Source: Octopus sinensis
Lineage: Eukaryota
Assembly (NCBI RefSeq): GCF_006345805.1
Contig: NC_043019.1
Span: 21,699,360-21,763,359, forward strand
Length of the DNA stretch: 64,000 nucleotides
Direction of reading: 5' to 3'
Position 1 is the stretch's first letter; each line of letters begins with the position of its first letter. A program made the translations under genes and the position numbers. Below, in pieces: positions 52,363 through 64,000 of the stretch. A model generated the notes under the pieces. That model saw nothing but the letters and a program-made list of their open reading frames with translations. It did no database searches and was not told where the DNA came from.

Positions 52363-52839
52363 ACACATACACACACATTTACATACCTACACATATATTG
52401 GGGGGGGGGGGCATGTAAAAAGCACCCACTACACTCTCGGAGTGGTTGGCATTAGGAAGGGCATCCAGCTGTAGAAACTCTGCCAGATCAAGACTGGAGT
52501 CTAGTGCAGCCATCTGGTTCGCCAGCCCTCAGTCAAAATCGTCCAACCCATGCTAGCATGGAAAGCGGACGTTAAACGATGATGATAATCTTTTCTACTA
52601 AAAACACAAGGCCTGAAATTTGCAGAGAGAGGACCAGTCAGTTAAATTAACCCCAGAACTGGTACTTATTTCATCAATCCCAAAAGGATGAAAGCTGAAG
52701 TCAATCTCGGTAGAATTTGAACTCAGAACATGCAGACAGATGAAATGCTGTTATGCATCTTGCCCTGCATTCTAACGATTCTGCCAGCTCACCACCTTCA
52801 TAATAATAACAATAATCATGTTTGTCTATAATAATAATC

Positions 52840-53895
52840 GACGTATCAGGAGTACTCTTAACTGGGTCAGACATGCGTGGCTGTGATTTCTCTTTAGTTG
52901 CCAGGTCTTCTCAATCACAGCATATCTCCAAAGGTTTCCATCTTCTGTTATTGCCTCTGTGAGGCCCAATGTTTGAAGGTCAGGTTTTCACCACCTCATC
53001 CCGTGTCTTCCTGAGTTTACCTCTTCCACAGATTCCTTCCACAGTTAGGGAGTGGCACTTCCTCACATTGTATAGAGTTCCTACCCACACCTTTTCTATT
53101 GAACAGAGCCATCTACCTGAAGGGGATTGTGGTTTGATAGACTTCCTACTTACTAAGACTTTGGTTTTTGCTAGGTTGACCCTAAGACCCTTTGATTCTA
53201 GACCTTGCTTCCACACCCTAAACTTCGTCTCTAGTTCTGGCAGTGATTCAGCTATTAGGGCAAGGTCATCAGTATAGAGGGACTACCAGGGGCAGCCTGT
53301 CTTGAATGCCTCTGTTATTGCTTAGAGAACTATAATTAATAAGAGGGGGCTGAGGAGTGAGCCTTGGTGAATCCCTACTTCTACTCAGAATTTTTCACTG
53401 TACTCGTTGCTAACCCTCACCTTACAGAGAACATCCCTGTACAGGGCTTGTACAGCTCTTACCAACCACTCGCCTATTCCCAGTTTCCGCATTGACCACC
53501 AGATAAGGGATCGGGTGACCTTGTCAAAGGCTCTCTCCAAGTCAACAAAAGCCAAGTACAGAGGTTTATCTTTGGCTAGATAGTTCTCCTGCAGTTGCCT
53601 TACCAGAAATATAGCATCAGTGGTGCTTCTGCCTGGCACAAAACCAAACAGCATCTCATCTAGGCTAACTCTCTCCTTAATTAGTTGGGTTATGACCCTC
53701 TCAGTAACTTTCATCACCTGATCCAATAATTTGATACCCCTATAGTTATTTCTATTTAAAGCATCACCTTTACCCTTGTAGCAGTTGACTATGGTGCTGC
53801 TACACCAGTCATTGGGTATGACTCCTTCATGAACTACCTGATTTACAATGTGGGTGATAAGACCATAACCCACACCGCCCGATATTTTAAGCATA
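52840..53895 (-). mobile_element. RTE-clade LINE, 5'-truncated, with an internal deletion
   Basis: IPNDWCSSTIVNCYKGKGDA...NYRGIKLL...FGFVPGRSTTDAIFLVRQLQE...AFVDLERAFD, HQGSLLSP, LYTDDL, GLRVNLAKTK, then a jump to the C-terminal GRGKLRKTRDEVVK. Confidence 0.92.
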
Positions 53896-54835
53896 GTGTG
53901 ATACCTCTGCAAAGGGGTTGCAGAAGGAATGTCAGTTAATCTGATATAATGATTTCAAATTTAGCACCAAAAGTAGCTGTATAAATTTAGTGATTCTTCT
54001 GTGGCTTAGGAATATTTTGACTTCTATTTTTAGTAAAGCAGGTGCTTATATAGTACCCTAGAATATATATATATCATCTAAAATAAATGTATGTATGTAC
54101 ACATTCGTACATGAATGTATACATGTACGAGCGGATTAGTGATAGAGAGGAGGAGAGATGGGGGAGGAGCACTTAGTTTGCTTTCACCCCCCTCATTCCC
54201 CCCACCCCCACCCAACACCCACTTTTAAACTGAAAACTATTTTTCTGAAAAGTAACAAAATAATAAAGCAAACCATATTATAATATTATTTTACTGCTGA
54301 AAGAATATGCATTAAATCAAACTGCATCTTTTTTTTTGTATGTGTGTGTGCATGCATGTGTGTGTGTGTATGTGTGCGTGCATGCATGCATGTGTGTGAG
54401 TTTTGGGGTGGTGGTGCTTTCCCCTCCCTGCCAGTACTGCATCATTTTGAGAAATAATCTCCACTGTTAAGGTTACAGAGAAGTACAAGTTAATCTAGTT
54501 TAGACATTTTTCTTTTCAAAAGAAAAATCTTTCTCCCCCTCTCTCTGCCCTCTCTTTTCTGTTCGTCCTTCTTAACTCTGAAGGAAAAAATACAACAACG
54601 ATGATGATGACGATGATGAACAAAAACCAGAAATGCTGAACCATACCCAGCCACCCCCACCCAAGCCAAATCAACTCTAAGCCTTAGTTTCCTTGATAAT
54701 GGTGAATTCAGAACATGTTGCTGTTGCTTAGTCCCAAGTTTGTTCTGATTGAACAAGTCTATGATTAAGAGTGTTCCAGCCATGACTATTCCTCCTCATT
54801 TTTAATGTATCAACGACTACATTTTTCGTTTTAAA

Positions 54836-55213
54836 TACTCTTTTACTTGTTTCAGTCATTTGACTGTGACCATGCTGGAGCACCATCTTTAGTTGAGCAA
54901 ATCGACCCCAGGACTTATTCTTTGTAAGCCCAGTACTTATTCTATCGGTCTCTTTTGCCAAACTGTTAAGTTACGGGGACGTAAACACACCAGCATCGGT
55001 TGTCAAGCGATGTTGGGGGACAAACACAGACACACAAGCATATACACACACATACACATATACATACCATATACATACATATACATATATACAACAGGCT
55101 TCTTTCAGTTTCCGTCTACCAAATCTACTCACAAGGCTTTGGTTGGCCTGAGGCTATAGTAGAAGATACTTGCCCAAGGTGTCACGCAGTGGGACTGAAC
55201 CCGGAACCATGTA
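54836..55213 (-). mobile_element. SINE-A, nearly full length
   Basis: Reverse complement of 51231-51702, lacking the first ~35 nt. Confidence 0.88.
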
Positions 55214-55470
55214 GTTCGAGCCACTCCAATGCCTTAAATGGTAAAGAATTCAGAGACATACAGTACTTGCTGCCACAGAATGTTCTGCTAGTGCGCTGAA
55301 CCTATTCATCTGGCACAAGAACAACACAACATACCAACTTTAGGCTATTTCTGTTACATAATACAAATTAAATCTGGATTAATCTTTATTTCCGAGTGTG
55401 TATTATTAGATTTGTAAACAAATTATGGTGAGATTAAATCAGGGTATTACAAGGACTGATTTTTTTTTGA

Positions 55471-55501
<31 letters not shown>

Positions 55502-55508
55502 AATATTA

Positions 55509-55721
55509 AAGGCGGTGAGCTGGCAGAATTGTTAGCATGTTGGATGAAATGCTTAGTGGTATTTCACTCATCGCTATGTTCTGAGCTCAAATTCTGCCAA
55601 AGTTGATTTTGCCTTTCATCCTATCAGGGTCAATGAAATAAGTACCAGTTACGCACTGGGATCAGTGAAATCAACTATCTCACTCCCCCAAATTTCAGGC
55701 CTTGTGCCTATAGTAGAAAGG

Positions 55722-55765
<44 letters not shown>

Positions 55766-55920
55766 GATGATGATTTCTGAGTTCAAATTTTGCCAGGGTC
55801 AACTTTGTTTTTCATCCTTTCATGGTTTATAAATTATGTACCAGTCAAGTACTGGGGTCAATGTGATCAACTTACCCCCTCCCCACATATTTCAGGCCTT
55901 GTGTTTCTATAGTAGAAAGG

Positions 55921-55964
<44 letters not shown>

Positions 55965-55992
55965 CATCATTATTATTATTATTATTATTATT
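55509..55992 (+). mobile_element. Tandem SINE-B (alternative tail) copies within (TTA)n
   Basis: Full copy at 55509-55765 and 5'-truncated copy at 55775-55992, each ending tagtagaaagg(att)n. Confidence 0.8.
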
Positions 55993-56339
55993 AATGACAT
56001 TCAAACGTTCCCAAGAAGTATAACTAATGTCATGCATCTGTTGTTTCCAACAATGGCCAAGAGGGCAACACATAGCTTCCTATAGTTATTACAACTGCAT
56101 TAACCAGACAATCAGATGTTATACACCACTGGTCACAATGCATTTGTTTACATTGTTGTAGCTTTCAAATGATGCCATCCTGCTGGCTAGGTGGACAGGC
56201 TTGTTTAGTCATTATAGTCACCCAGATTGCTTAATGTATGGCCTTTCAAATGATCAGCATAAAATCACTCACAAGTGTCCAAGTGTCCTCTGGCCTGCAG
56301 GTATGTTCTCTCCTTTCTATTTCTTGCTTTTCTGCTGCT

Positions 56340-56714
56340 ACTATAATGTTTCATACTCTGGCATAAGGCCAGAAATTTCGGGGGAATTGGGTAAGTCGAT
56401 TACATTGACCTCAGTATTCAACTGATATTTATTTTATTGACCCCCAAAAGGATGACAGGCAAAGCTGATCTTGGCAGAATCTAAACTCAGAACATGAAAA
56501 CAGACAAAATACCTATTTCTTTATTACCCACAAGGGACCAAACACAGAGGGGACAAACAAAGACAGACATAGGTATTAAGTCGATTACATCGACCCCAGT
56601 GTGTAACTGGTACTTAATTTATCGACCCCGAAAGGATGAAAGGCAAAGTCGACCTCGTATATACCACTAAGCATTTTGCCTGGCATGCTAACAATTCTGC
56701 CAGCTTGCTGCCTT
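56340..56714 (-). mobile_element. SINE-B nested in SINE-B (inner copy ~56512-56658)
   Basis: In SINE orientation: head ...gcttagtggtat, truncated inner copy ending aaagaaata, then ggtattttgtctg and the rest of the outer copy. Confidence 0.75.
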
Positions 56715-57284
56715 TACCGCTAATGTAAAGGCCACTGTTCCTCAGAAGTGTTTGATAGCATAATGCCATCACTCACGCAATCTTGACTAACTTGTCCCCC
56801 TTCCTCTCATCACCCATGTCATGTCCAACCACCCAAGCCCTGCACTAACTATTACACCCAGTCCTTTTACCCTCGATAACACTGCTTTCTTGCTTCACCT
56901 GGAATTTTCCTCAGCTTGTGTCTTTTCTATCAGGTGTCAATTTGCAATAGTTTCAAACACAACATTTAACAACATCAATCTCACACCTGTCTAAAAGTGC
57001 CTGTAAAGGTGATGTGCACCTTCCAGAGTCAGCAAGATAAAAAAAAAAGCACATAAAAAATAAAACAAACATCACTCAAATTGATTAATGTAATATTTCA
57101 GCCTTGCTGAACCAAATCAATAACATTATATCTATAGGTTATAGTTCAATAGATTAAATTCCAAGTATCAATGATCAAAAGAATTCTGGCTGAAACAAAT
57201 GAAGGTGAAGTGGAGACGGGTGGAGAGAGTTTTTTTTTTTTTACAGTGACCAAAAAAAGCAATTAGAGAATAGTAAGTACTTAC

Positions 57285-57419
57285 GTTGTCTGCGACACCA
57301 CCTGGTAAAATGGTTTTAACCACAACACCAGTGCTCTTGCCCCCAAAGATTCCGAACCCCAATCCAGTGCCATCGTTAACCAAATCTATGACCTCAATTT
57401 GAGTCCAATCTGTGTTTAA
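57285..57419 (-). CDS. PATJ: PATJ/MPDZ-like gene, internal coding exon A (N-terminal half of PDZ2)
   Basis: tttcag|TTA AAC ... GAC AAC|gtaagt; 135 nt, phase 0-0; [45 protein letters not shown] with the GLGF carboxylate-binding loop, matching PDZ2 of MPDZ/Patj. PATJ versus MPDZ cannot be separated here (probable co-orthologue). Confidence 0.95.
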
Positions 57420-57573
57420 CTGAAACAATAAAAATTGGAAAATAATTATACATAAGGATGTGAGTAATAGTCTGTGTTCATGTGTATGTATACACATACA
57501 CACCATATACATATATATTTATATATACACACACACATTCTTGTATGAGTCAAGAAACTGTCTGCATTTGTGC

Positions 57574-57614
<41 letters not shown>

Positions 57615-59071
57615 AAAATTTATATAAAGAGAGACAGAGCAGTAAAGGGAAAGAAAGATGCAAAAGACACACGTACACACATATATATACATGCATACAA
57701 CATACATACCATAAGAGAAAGACTGGAAAGAGAAAGAGGGAGAGCTTAGATTCAATCAACTGAATCATGTCAATATTGATGTTTCTGACAAGGAACAAAG
57801 CCCCATTACCCCCACCACCATAAAAACCACCAGCGCCACTCCCCACCATTAAGGGATGGCGGGAAAGTGAAAGTGAGAACGAGTAGGGTGTACGTAAATG
57901 AATTGACCTCTGTTTTATATTATATTACGTTACATCGATATTTCTTTTATCAACCTCAGAAAAGTTAAAAGGCATAATTGACTTGTTCCAAATGATTTGG
58001 AATCAGAAAAATATGACTTGCTAATCTGGATGATGGTAAAAATAGCCTCGACGGCCGCAGAGTTCCGTGTTTATTGCTCCCTTACAAACAAAGTAGATTA
58101 CAGTGAGAAAAGACAGAGAAGGGAAGTAGTTGACTGAAAAATGCTGTTATATGAAGGATTGGAGCTATTTTTGCTTTTGTTTTGTTTTTGAATGCTGGAA
58201 TGCCAAAAGAAAAATTGACCCTTTTAGAAGTGAACTCACACACATGAAGAAGCGAAATGGAGAGCATGGACCTGTACCAACTGCAATGATCTTGACTGCT
58301 TTCTTTTATACAATGTATATTTATAACCATGTATATGTGTGTACGTGTATATGTGTGTACGTGTATATTACACACACACACACACGCACGCACACACACA
58401 CACACATGCACACACACACATCTTTATCCTTCATTTGTTTCAGTTATTGGACTGTGGCCATGTAGGGGCACCACATAGAAGAAATTTTAGTCAAAGTCCA
58501 GTACTTAATACTTATTCTATTGGTCTCTTTTATTTATCAGACTACTAAGTTGCAAGGACGTAAACACACCAACACCAACTGTCAAGCTGTGGTAGGGGAC
58601 AGACAGACAGACATACATACATACCTACATACATACATACATACATACATATATGGTACGGTATGGTCAGTTATCTTTATGACCACAATAAGCTCATTTT
58701 ATCTAGTATTGGTCTTCCATATATTGTATATATATAAAGAGAACAGAACAAACAAAACTTGCAAAGGTAGACTTTTCTTTACCCAAATGAACATCTGATT
58801 GTCTAAATAAGGTATTTTCATTCCACTAATTCTCACAAAGTGAAAACAAAACTAAGGAACTTTGGCTTACTAAGTAATGTAAACAGAGACACTCCCTTTT
58901 GCTGAGGTAATTCTAATAAGAATATGAAAATGATATTCACACACATACATATAACCACAAGAGTTTCAAGTTCAGTCCCACTGTGTGGCACCTTGAGCAA
59001 GTGTCTTATACTATAGCCCAAGACTAACCGATGCTTTGTAAGTTGATTTGGGAGGAAACTGCAGGGAGCTC

Positions 59072-59126
<55 letters not shown>

Positions 59127-60075
59127 GCGTGCATGTGTGTGCTGATATTTCATTTGTCATTTTAGTGAAACGGTGGTGATGCTTGTATTTCCTGTTGACA
59201 TTATGAATGGCTGCTCTGTGCTTTCAAAAACATATACTGTGGATTGGAAGATCCCTTACTTGTAAAGTAAGTGAGGTTTGGTGGCAGGAAGAGCATCCAG
59301 CTGCAAAATCCTATCTCTAAATTCAAATCCTGTCCAAGTCATGCAAACATGTTAAACACAAAGCCAGCATAGAAGACAGATGTAAAATGATAATGATCAT
59401 CATCATCATCTTTATATGTGTGTTTGATGATATAAACAGGAAAAACAGATGTCAGAACATGAAATATAAGCAAAGAGGTGGAATTTTTTTTGTTATTTAC
59501 ATAGGTGAAGCAACGCTGGTAACTCAAAGGATTAGAGTTTCATGCGAAAGAAAATATCAAACTCAACATGATTTAAATGTTTGTATGAATGCACTGAAAA
59601 AGGGAAAAAAAGAAACTTTTTCAAATAAAGAACTCTTGAAAATATTAGTAAACAAACTTGTGTTAATGGAAACTTTAAAGAAATTACTTGGTAGTTTAAA
59701 GTATACTTCAGTACATTCACAACACCCCACATACATATAATGTGTGTGTGTGTGTGTGTGTAAATACACGCATGTGCATTATTTCATACAAGATATATAC
59801 TGCAATGTATAAAGTACACAAGTATAGACATGTACATACTTAAATGCACTCAAATGCAATTCGGTTACTTGCTTATTTTTAAAATTTGGGTTTGGGGATT
59901 TCTATTTTTTTATATTTTCTCAAACTGCATGTTTTGCTACATATGCATACATGCATGCATCTTACACATGCATACATATGCACATATACCATATACAAAT
60001 ATTCATACATAAACACACATACATGTACTTAGACATAAATATATACACACACACATACATATATATGTATATATG

Positions 60076-60107
<32 letters not shown>

Positions 60108-60132
60108 TACATACATATATATATATACACAC

Positions 60133-60191
<59 letters not shown>

Positions 60192-60929
60192 TACATACAT
60201 ACACATGTACATACACATTTATACATAAATATATACACATGTACATACACATTTATACATAAATACACACACATGCATATGCACATGCGTGTATAAACAT
60301 ACACAAACACACACACACCATACCACCCATATTGAACAAAGTACAACTTTAAAAATAATAAAAAAACGGCCTAAAATACCAAATTTGTTTATTATCATTC
60401 ATGACCATGAAACCAGCAACTAATCATTTTTTCATCTTCATTTATTATGATTGCTACTACAATTACTACTACTAATCATTATTGTTGTTGTTGTTGTTGT
60501 TATGGCTGTTATTATTATGATTGCTGTTGTTACTACTTTAATCAAAGTGGTTTTCTTTGTATTGATCAAATAAATCGGCAATCATAAAATTACTGACTTC
60601 AGAATTGATTGTAGAAATTACTGCTCCACACATGCACATCTACATGTTAAACCCCACTGCCACCACCATTACCGCTTCCATCTCCTTCTCGTTATCGTCA
60701 GCAAGTTCACAAGCAATGTGCCACCGTGTAATTAGCATACCATTCATAGAAGCAACTAAACTCATTTGCATGTAGTTCGCTATACATCCTCCTCCAGCAT
60801 GTAACTTTATTTAGCCCATCTCAATACCAACCTGCTGAAGTCCCATCACTGATACTAAGATGCAAATATTCTAAATTTTGAAGTGTTTGTGTTTCAAATT
60901 GGAAAATCTCCCATAATTTTATGAAAAGA

Positions 60930-61440
60930 AGCTCTTCAGTAAGAGATCAGTCTCCACCATCTCATTCCATGTCTTCCTAAGTCTACCTCTAACACAGCTT
61001 CCATAAACTTAATGTGCTCAATACTTTTTTATACAAATAACTTCTATTAGCATCACAAGGCTGTACCAGTGTATTTTTATCTGTTGCAGAATCCAATTTT
61101 TCTTGACCCTCAATTTGTTTGTGCTTTACTGTTCACATTGGCGTTAGGAAGGGCATCCAGCTGTAGAAACATTGCCAGATAAGACCGGAGCCTGGTGCAG
61201 CCTTCTGACTTCCCAGATCCCCGGTCGAACCGTCCAACCCATGCTAGCATGGAGAACGGACGTTAAACGATGATGATGATGATGATAGCTTAACAGTTCA
61301 TAACCAGTAGAATAGGCTCACCTCATTTCTTCCCACCTGTTGCAAACCTTCCATTTTCAAGGCCCACATCTTTCTATCATGCTGCACTGCAATTCATACA
61401 AGTGAACATCATACAATCTATCCTTTATTTTCAGAAACTT
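60930..61440 (-). pseudogene. Old RTE C-terminal fragment interrupted by SINE-C (61138-61287)
   Basis: RGRLRKTWNEMV at about 60955-60990; decayed RT-thumb-like sequence beyond the SINE. Confidence 0.5.
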
Positions 61441-61469
61441 TTTGTTGCTAGCATGGAAAGCAGACTTCT

Positions 61470-61605
61470 ACAGCTGAATGAACTGGAGCAACGTGAAATA
61501 AAGTGTCTTGCTCAAGAACATAACAAACAGCCCGGTCCGGGATTCGAATGCAGACCCTCGCGATCGTAAGCTCAACGCTCTAACCACTGAGCCATGCGCT
61601 TTCAC
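61470..61605 (-). mobile_element. tRNA-derived SINE head (SINE-D related), 3'-truncated
   Basis: GCATGGCTCAGTGGTTAGAGCG (A box) ... ATTCGAATCCCGGACCGGGC (B box), then ttgagcaagacactttatttcacgttgctccag core. Confidence 0.75.
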
Positions 61606-61706
61606 ACACACACACATATTTATATATAGTCATACATATTATATGTATATTATACCTATATACACATATATATGTATAATACACCTATATAAACACAGGT
61701 ATGTAT

Positions 61707-61759
<53 letters not shown>

Positions 61760-61881
61760 GTGTGTGTGTGGTGTGTGTGTGTGTGTATAAACATATATAT
61801 ATATACACACACATACATACACGCATGTATGTGTGTGCATGCATTATATAAGTGTGTGTGTGTGTGTGTGTGTGTATACAT

Positions 61882-61953
<72 letters not shown>

Positions 61954-62802
61954 CAAAGGAGACACAAAGAAAAATATATCAAAATGCTTCAATGATTTTT
62001 CTCTGAAAGTCATCTTATCAATAAGGGAAAACAAATATTACTCAGAAAATATTATCAAATATTGGTCTCAAAAGAATGGTCCGTACAAAAGATCAATAAA
62101 CATGTAATTTATTTATAATATTAATATTGTGAAAGAAGGAAGAAAAATAAAAACAGACATATGTAATTGAAAGATTGAACTGAGAAACCAGAGTTTATAA
62201 AGATTGGAATGTTGTACATGTGAAACATGTATATAAATGTAAACAGAAGGACAGAAAGGATTTACTGTGTTAGTGTGTGTATGTGTGTGAGAGAGAGAGA
62301 GAGAGACCTTTGGCTCTGTATTCCTGTTGGAGCAGTAAAGGTAGCATTGTAACATCTGGCTGATTTCTTCTAGGTGAGTGAGACAAGAGAGTAGAATTGA
62401 TCCCAGTATAAGGCTAGTGCTTTATTTAAGGAGTCCTGATAGAATGAATGGCAAAATTGACCATATCAGAGTAAAGAGAATTTGAATGACTACCACATGG
62501 TGAACTATCAAACACTTTAATGGGTCAACCAATGTTTCCAGATGTATATGTGTGTGTGTGTGTATGTATGTGTATGTATATATATATATATATATATATA
62601 TAACATATATATATATATATATATAAATATATGTGTGTGTATATATGTATATATATGTGTGTGTGTATATATGTGTATATATACATATACATGTGTGTGT
62701 ATATATATGTGTATATATATGTGTGTGTATATATATGTATATATATATGTGTGTGTGTGTGTGAGTGTATATTTATACATATGTGTGTGTGAGTGTATAT
62801 TT

Positions 62803-62837
<35 letters not shown>

Positions 62838-62870
62838 GTATGTATGTATGTATGTATCTATGTATGTATA

Positions 62871-62913
<43 letters not shown>

Positions 62914-62914
62914 T

Positions 62915-64000
62915 ATTTGATTGACAAGAAAGTAATTTCGCCTATTCATTGTGAAAGGAAAGTCTTCGTTTTTTCATACAAAGAATCAACTTTAATGAAT
63001 TATATATTTCCCATTTTGTTTGACGACCTTTTGCCATCTTTTTGGCAACTTCATGATTCTACGCTCATAGAACTTCTGGTCCTTATCAGCCCCAAACTGA
63101 AGCAACTGTGATTTCAGGCCATTATCATTACTGAATGTTTTTACCATTCAAAGAATTTTGCAAACTTCAAAATAAATGGTAATCTGATGGTGCAAAGACA
63201 GGGCTGTATGGTGGATGTGACATCACTTCCCAATCAAGCTCCAGTAATTTTTCACGAGTTAGCAAAGATGTGTGGTCTAGGATTGTCATGGTGGAACACG
63301 ATTCCTTTACGATTTGCCAATTCTAGCCGTTTTTCTTTGATTACTTCCTCCAGTTTCATTAGTTATTGACAGTAAACATCTGAATTGCTCCTTTGAAGCA
63401 GCTCAAAATACACAACATCTTTGTAATTCCACCAAATTGACAGCACAGCCGTTTTATCAATGCAATTCAGCTTTTGATGCGGTTTGTGCTGGTTCATTAG
63501 GCTTGGACCACAATTGTTTTCGATTGATGTTATTGTAGACAAACCATTTTTCATCACCGGTGATGATTCATTTCAAAAAAAAGGTCGATTTCATTCTGCT
63601 TGAGATGCATAGTGCAAATATTGATTTGTTGTGTTAAGTGAATCTCTTTCAATGAGTTCAAGACATTTTAAGTGATTTTCAATTGCTGTGTGTGATACAT
63701 TTAACCTCTCTGCAATCTCTCGCACGGTTATATTACAATCAGATTCAATTATCGCTTTGATTCAGTCATCATCAATTTCAGTAGGTCGACCAGAACATTG
63801 GTTATCTTGGAGTGAAAAACCACCAGAACAGAATTTTTAAAACCATTTCTGTGCATTCTGTTAAGCAATCAACACCATAAACTTCACATATCTCTTCGTG
63901 AGCCTCAGTAGCTTTCTTGCTTTTACAGAAATAAAAAAAGCAAATTATGGCAAAAATGTCCGTTTTTGCACTCCATGTTAAAACTGACATTGAACGAACA
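62915..64000 (-). pseudogene. Mariner transposase relic (5' end at or beyond the window edge)
   Basis: FYFCKSKKATEAHEEICEVYG (HTH), GRPTE, TGDEKWFVY, LSIWWNYKDVVYFELL, HPPYSP; TIR-like ttgattgacaagaaagtaatttcg at about 62917; many frameshifts. Confidence 0.85.

Overview
AT-rich, microsatellite- and SINE-saturated animal genomic DNA. The repeat families look like those of an octopod cephalopod (Octopus); this is recognition from memory, not a database result. The window lies inside one large minus-strand gene, a PATJ/MPDZ (multi-PDZ polarity scaffold) orthologue. Five coding exons (57285-57419, 41500-41871, 24520-24643, 11657-11748, 2171-2306; 859 nt, about 1.3% of the window) have canonical GT-AG ends and matching phases (0,0,1,0). 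They splice into one open frame encoding two PDZ domains (PDZ2 and PDZ3 by homology); two of them are missing from the ORF track. The 9-17 kb introns hold at least four SINE families (modular, with swapped tails and nested copies), fragments of RTE, CR1, R4/Dong-like, CRE-like and Penelope-like retroelements, mariner, DD41D-like and piggyBac remnants, one clear and one possible non-autonomous Helitron, a probable solo LTR, and 22-bp and 18-bp minisatellites. Most ORF-track entries are microsatellite artefacts. I found no clearly new biological system. The best leads are a candidate internal first exon (MEK) in a CpG-retaining, TE-poor island, a 372-nt symmetric exon bracketed by three independent inverted SINE pairs (circRNA/editing prediction), and two same-site self-insertions of one SINE family.
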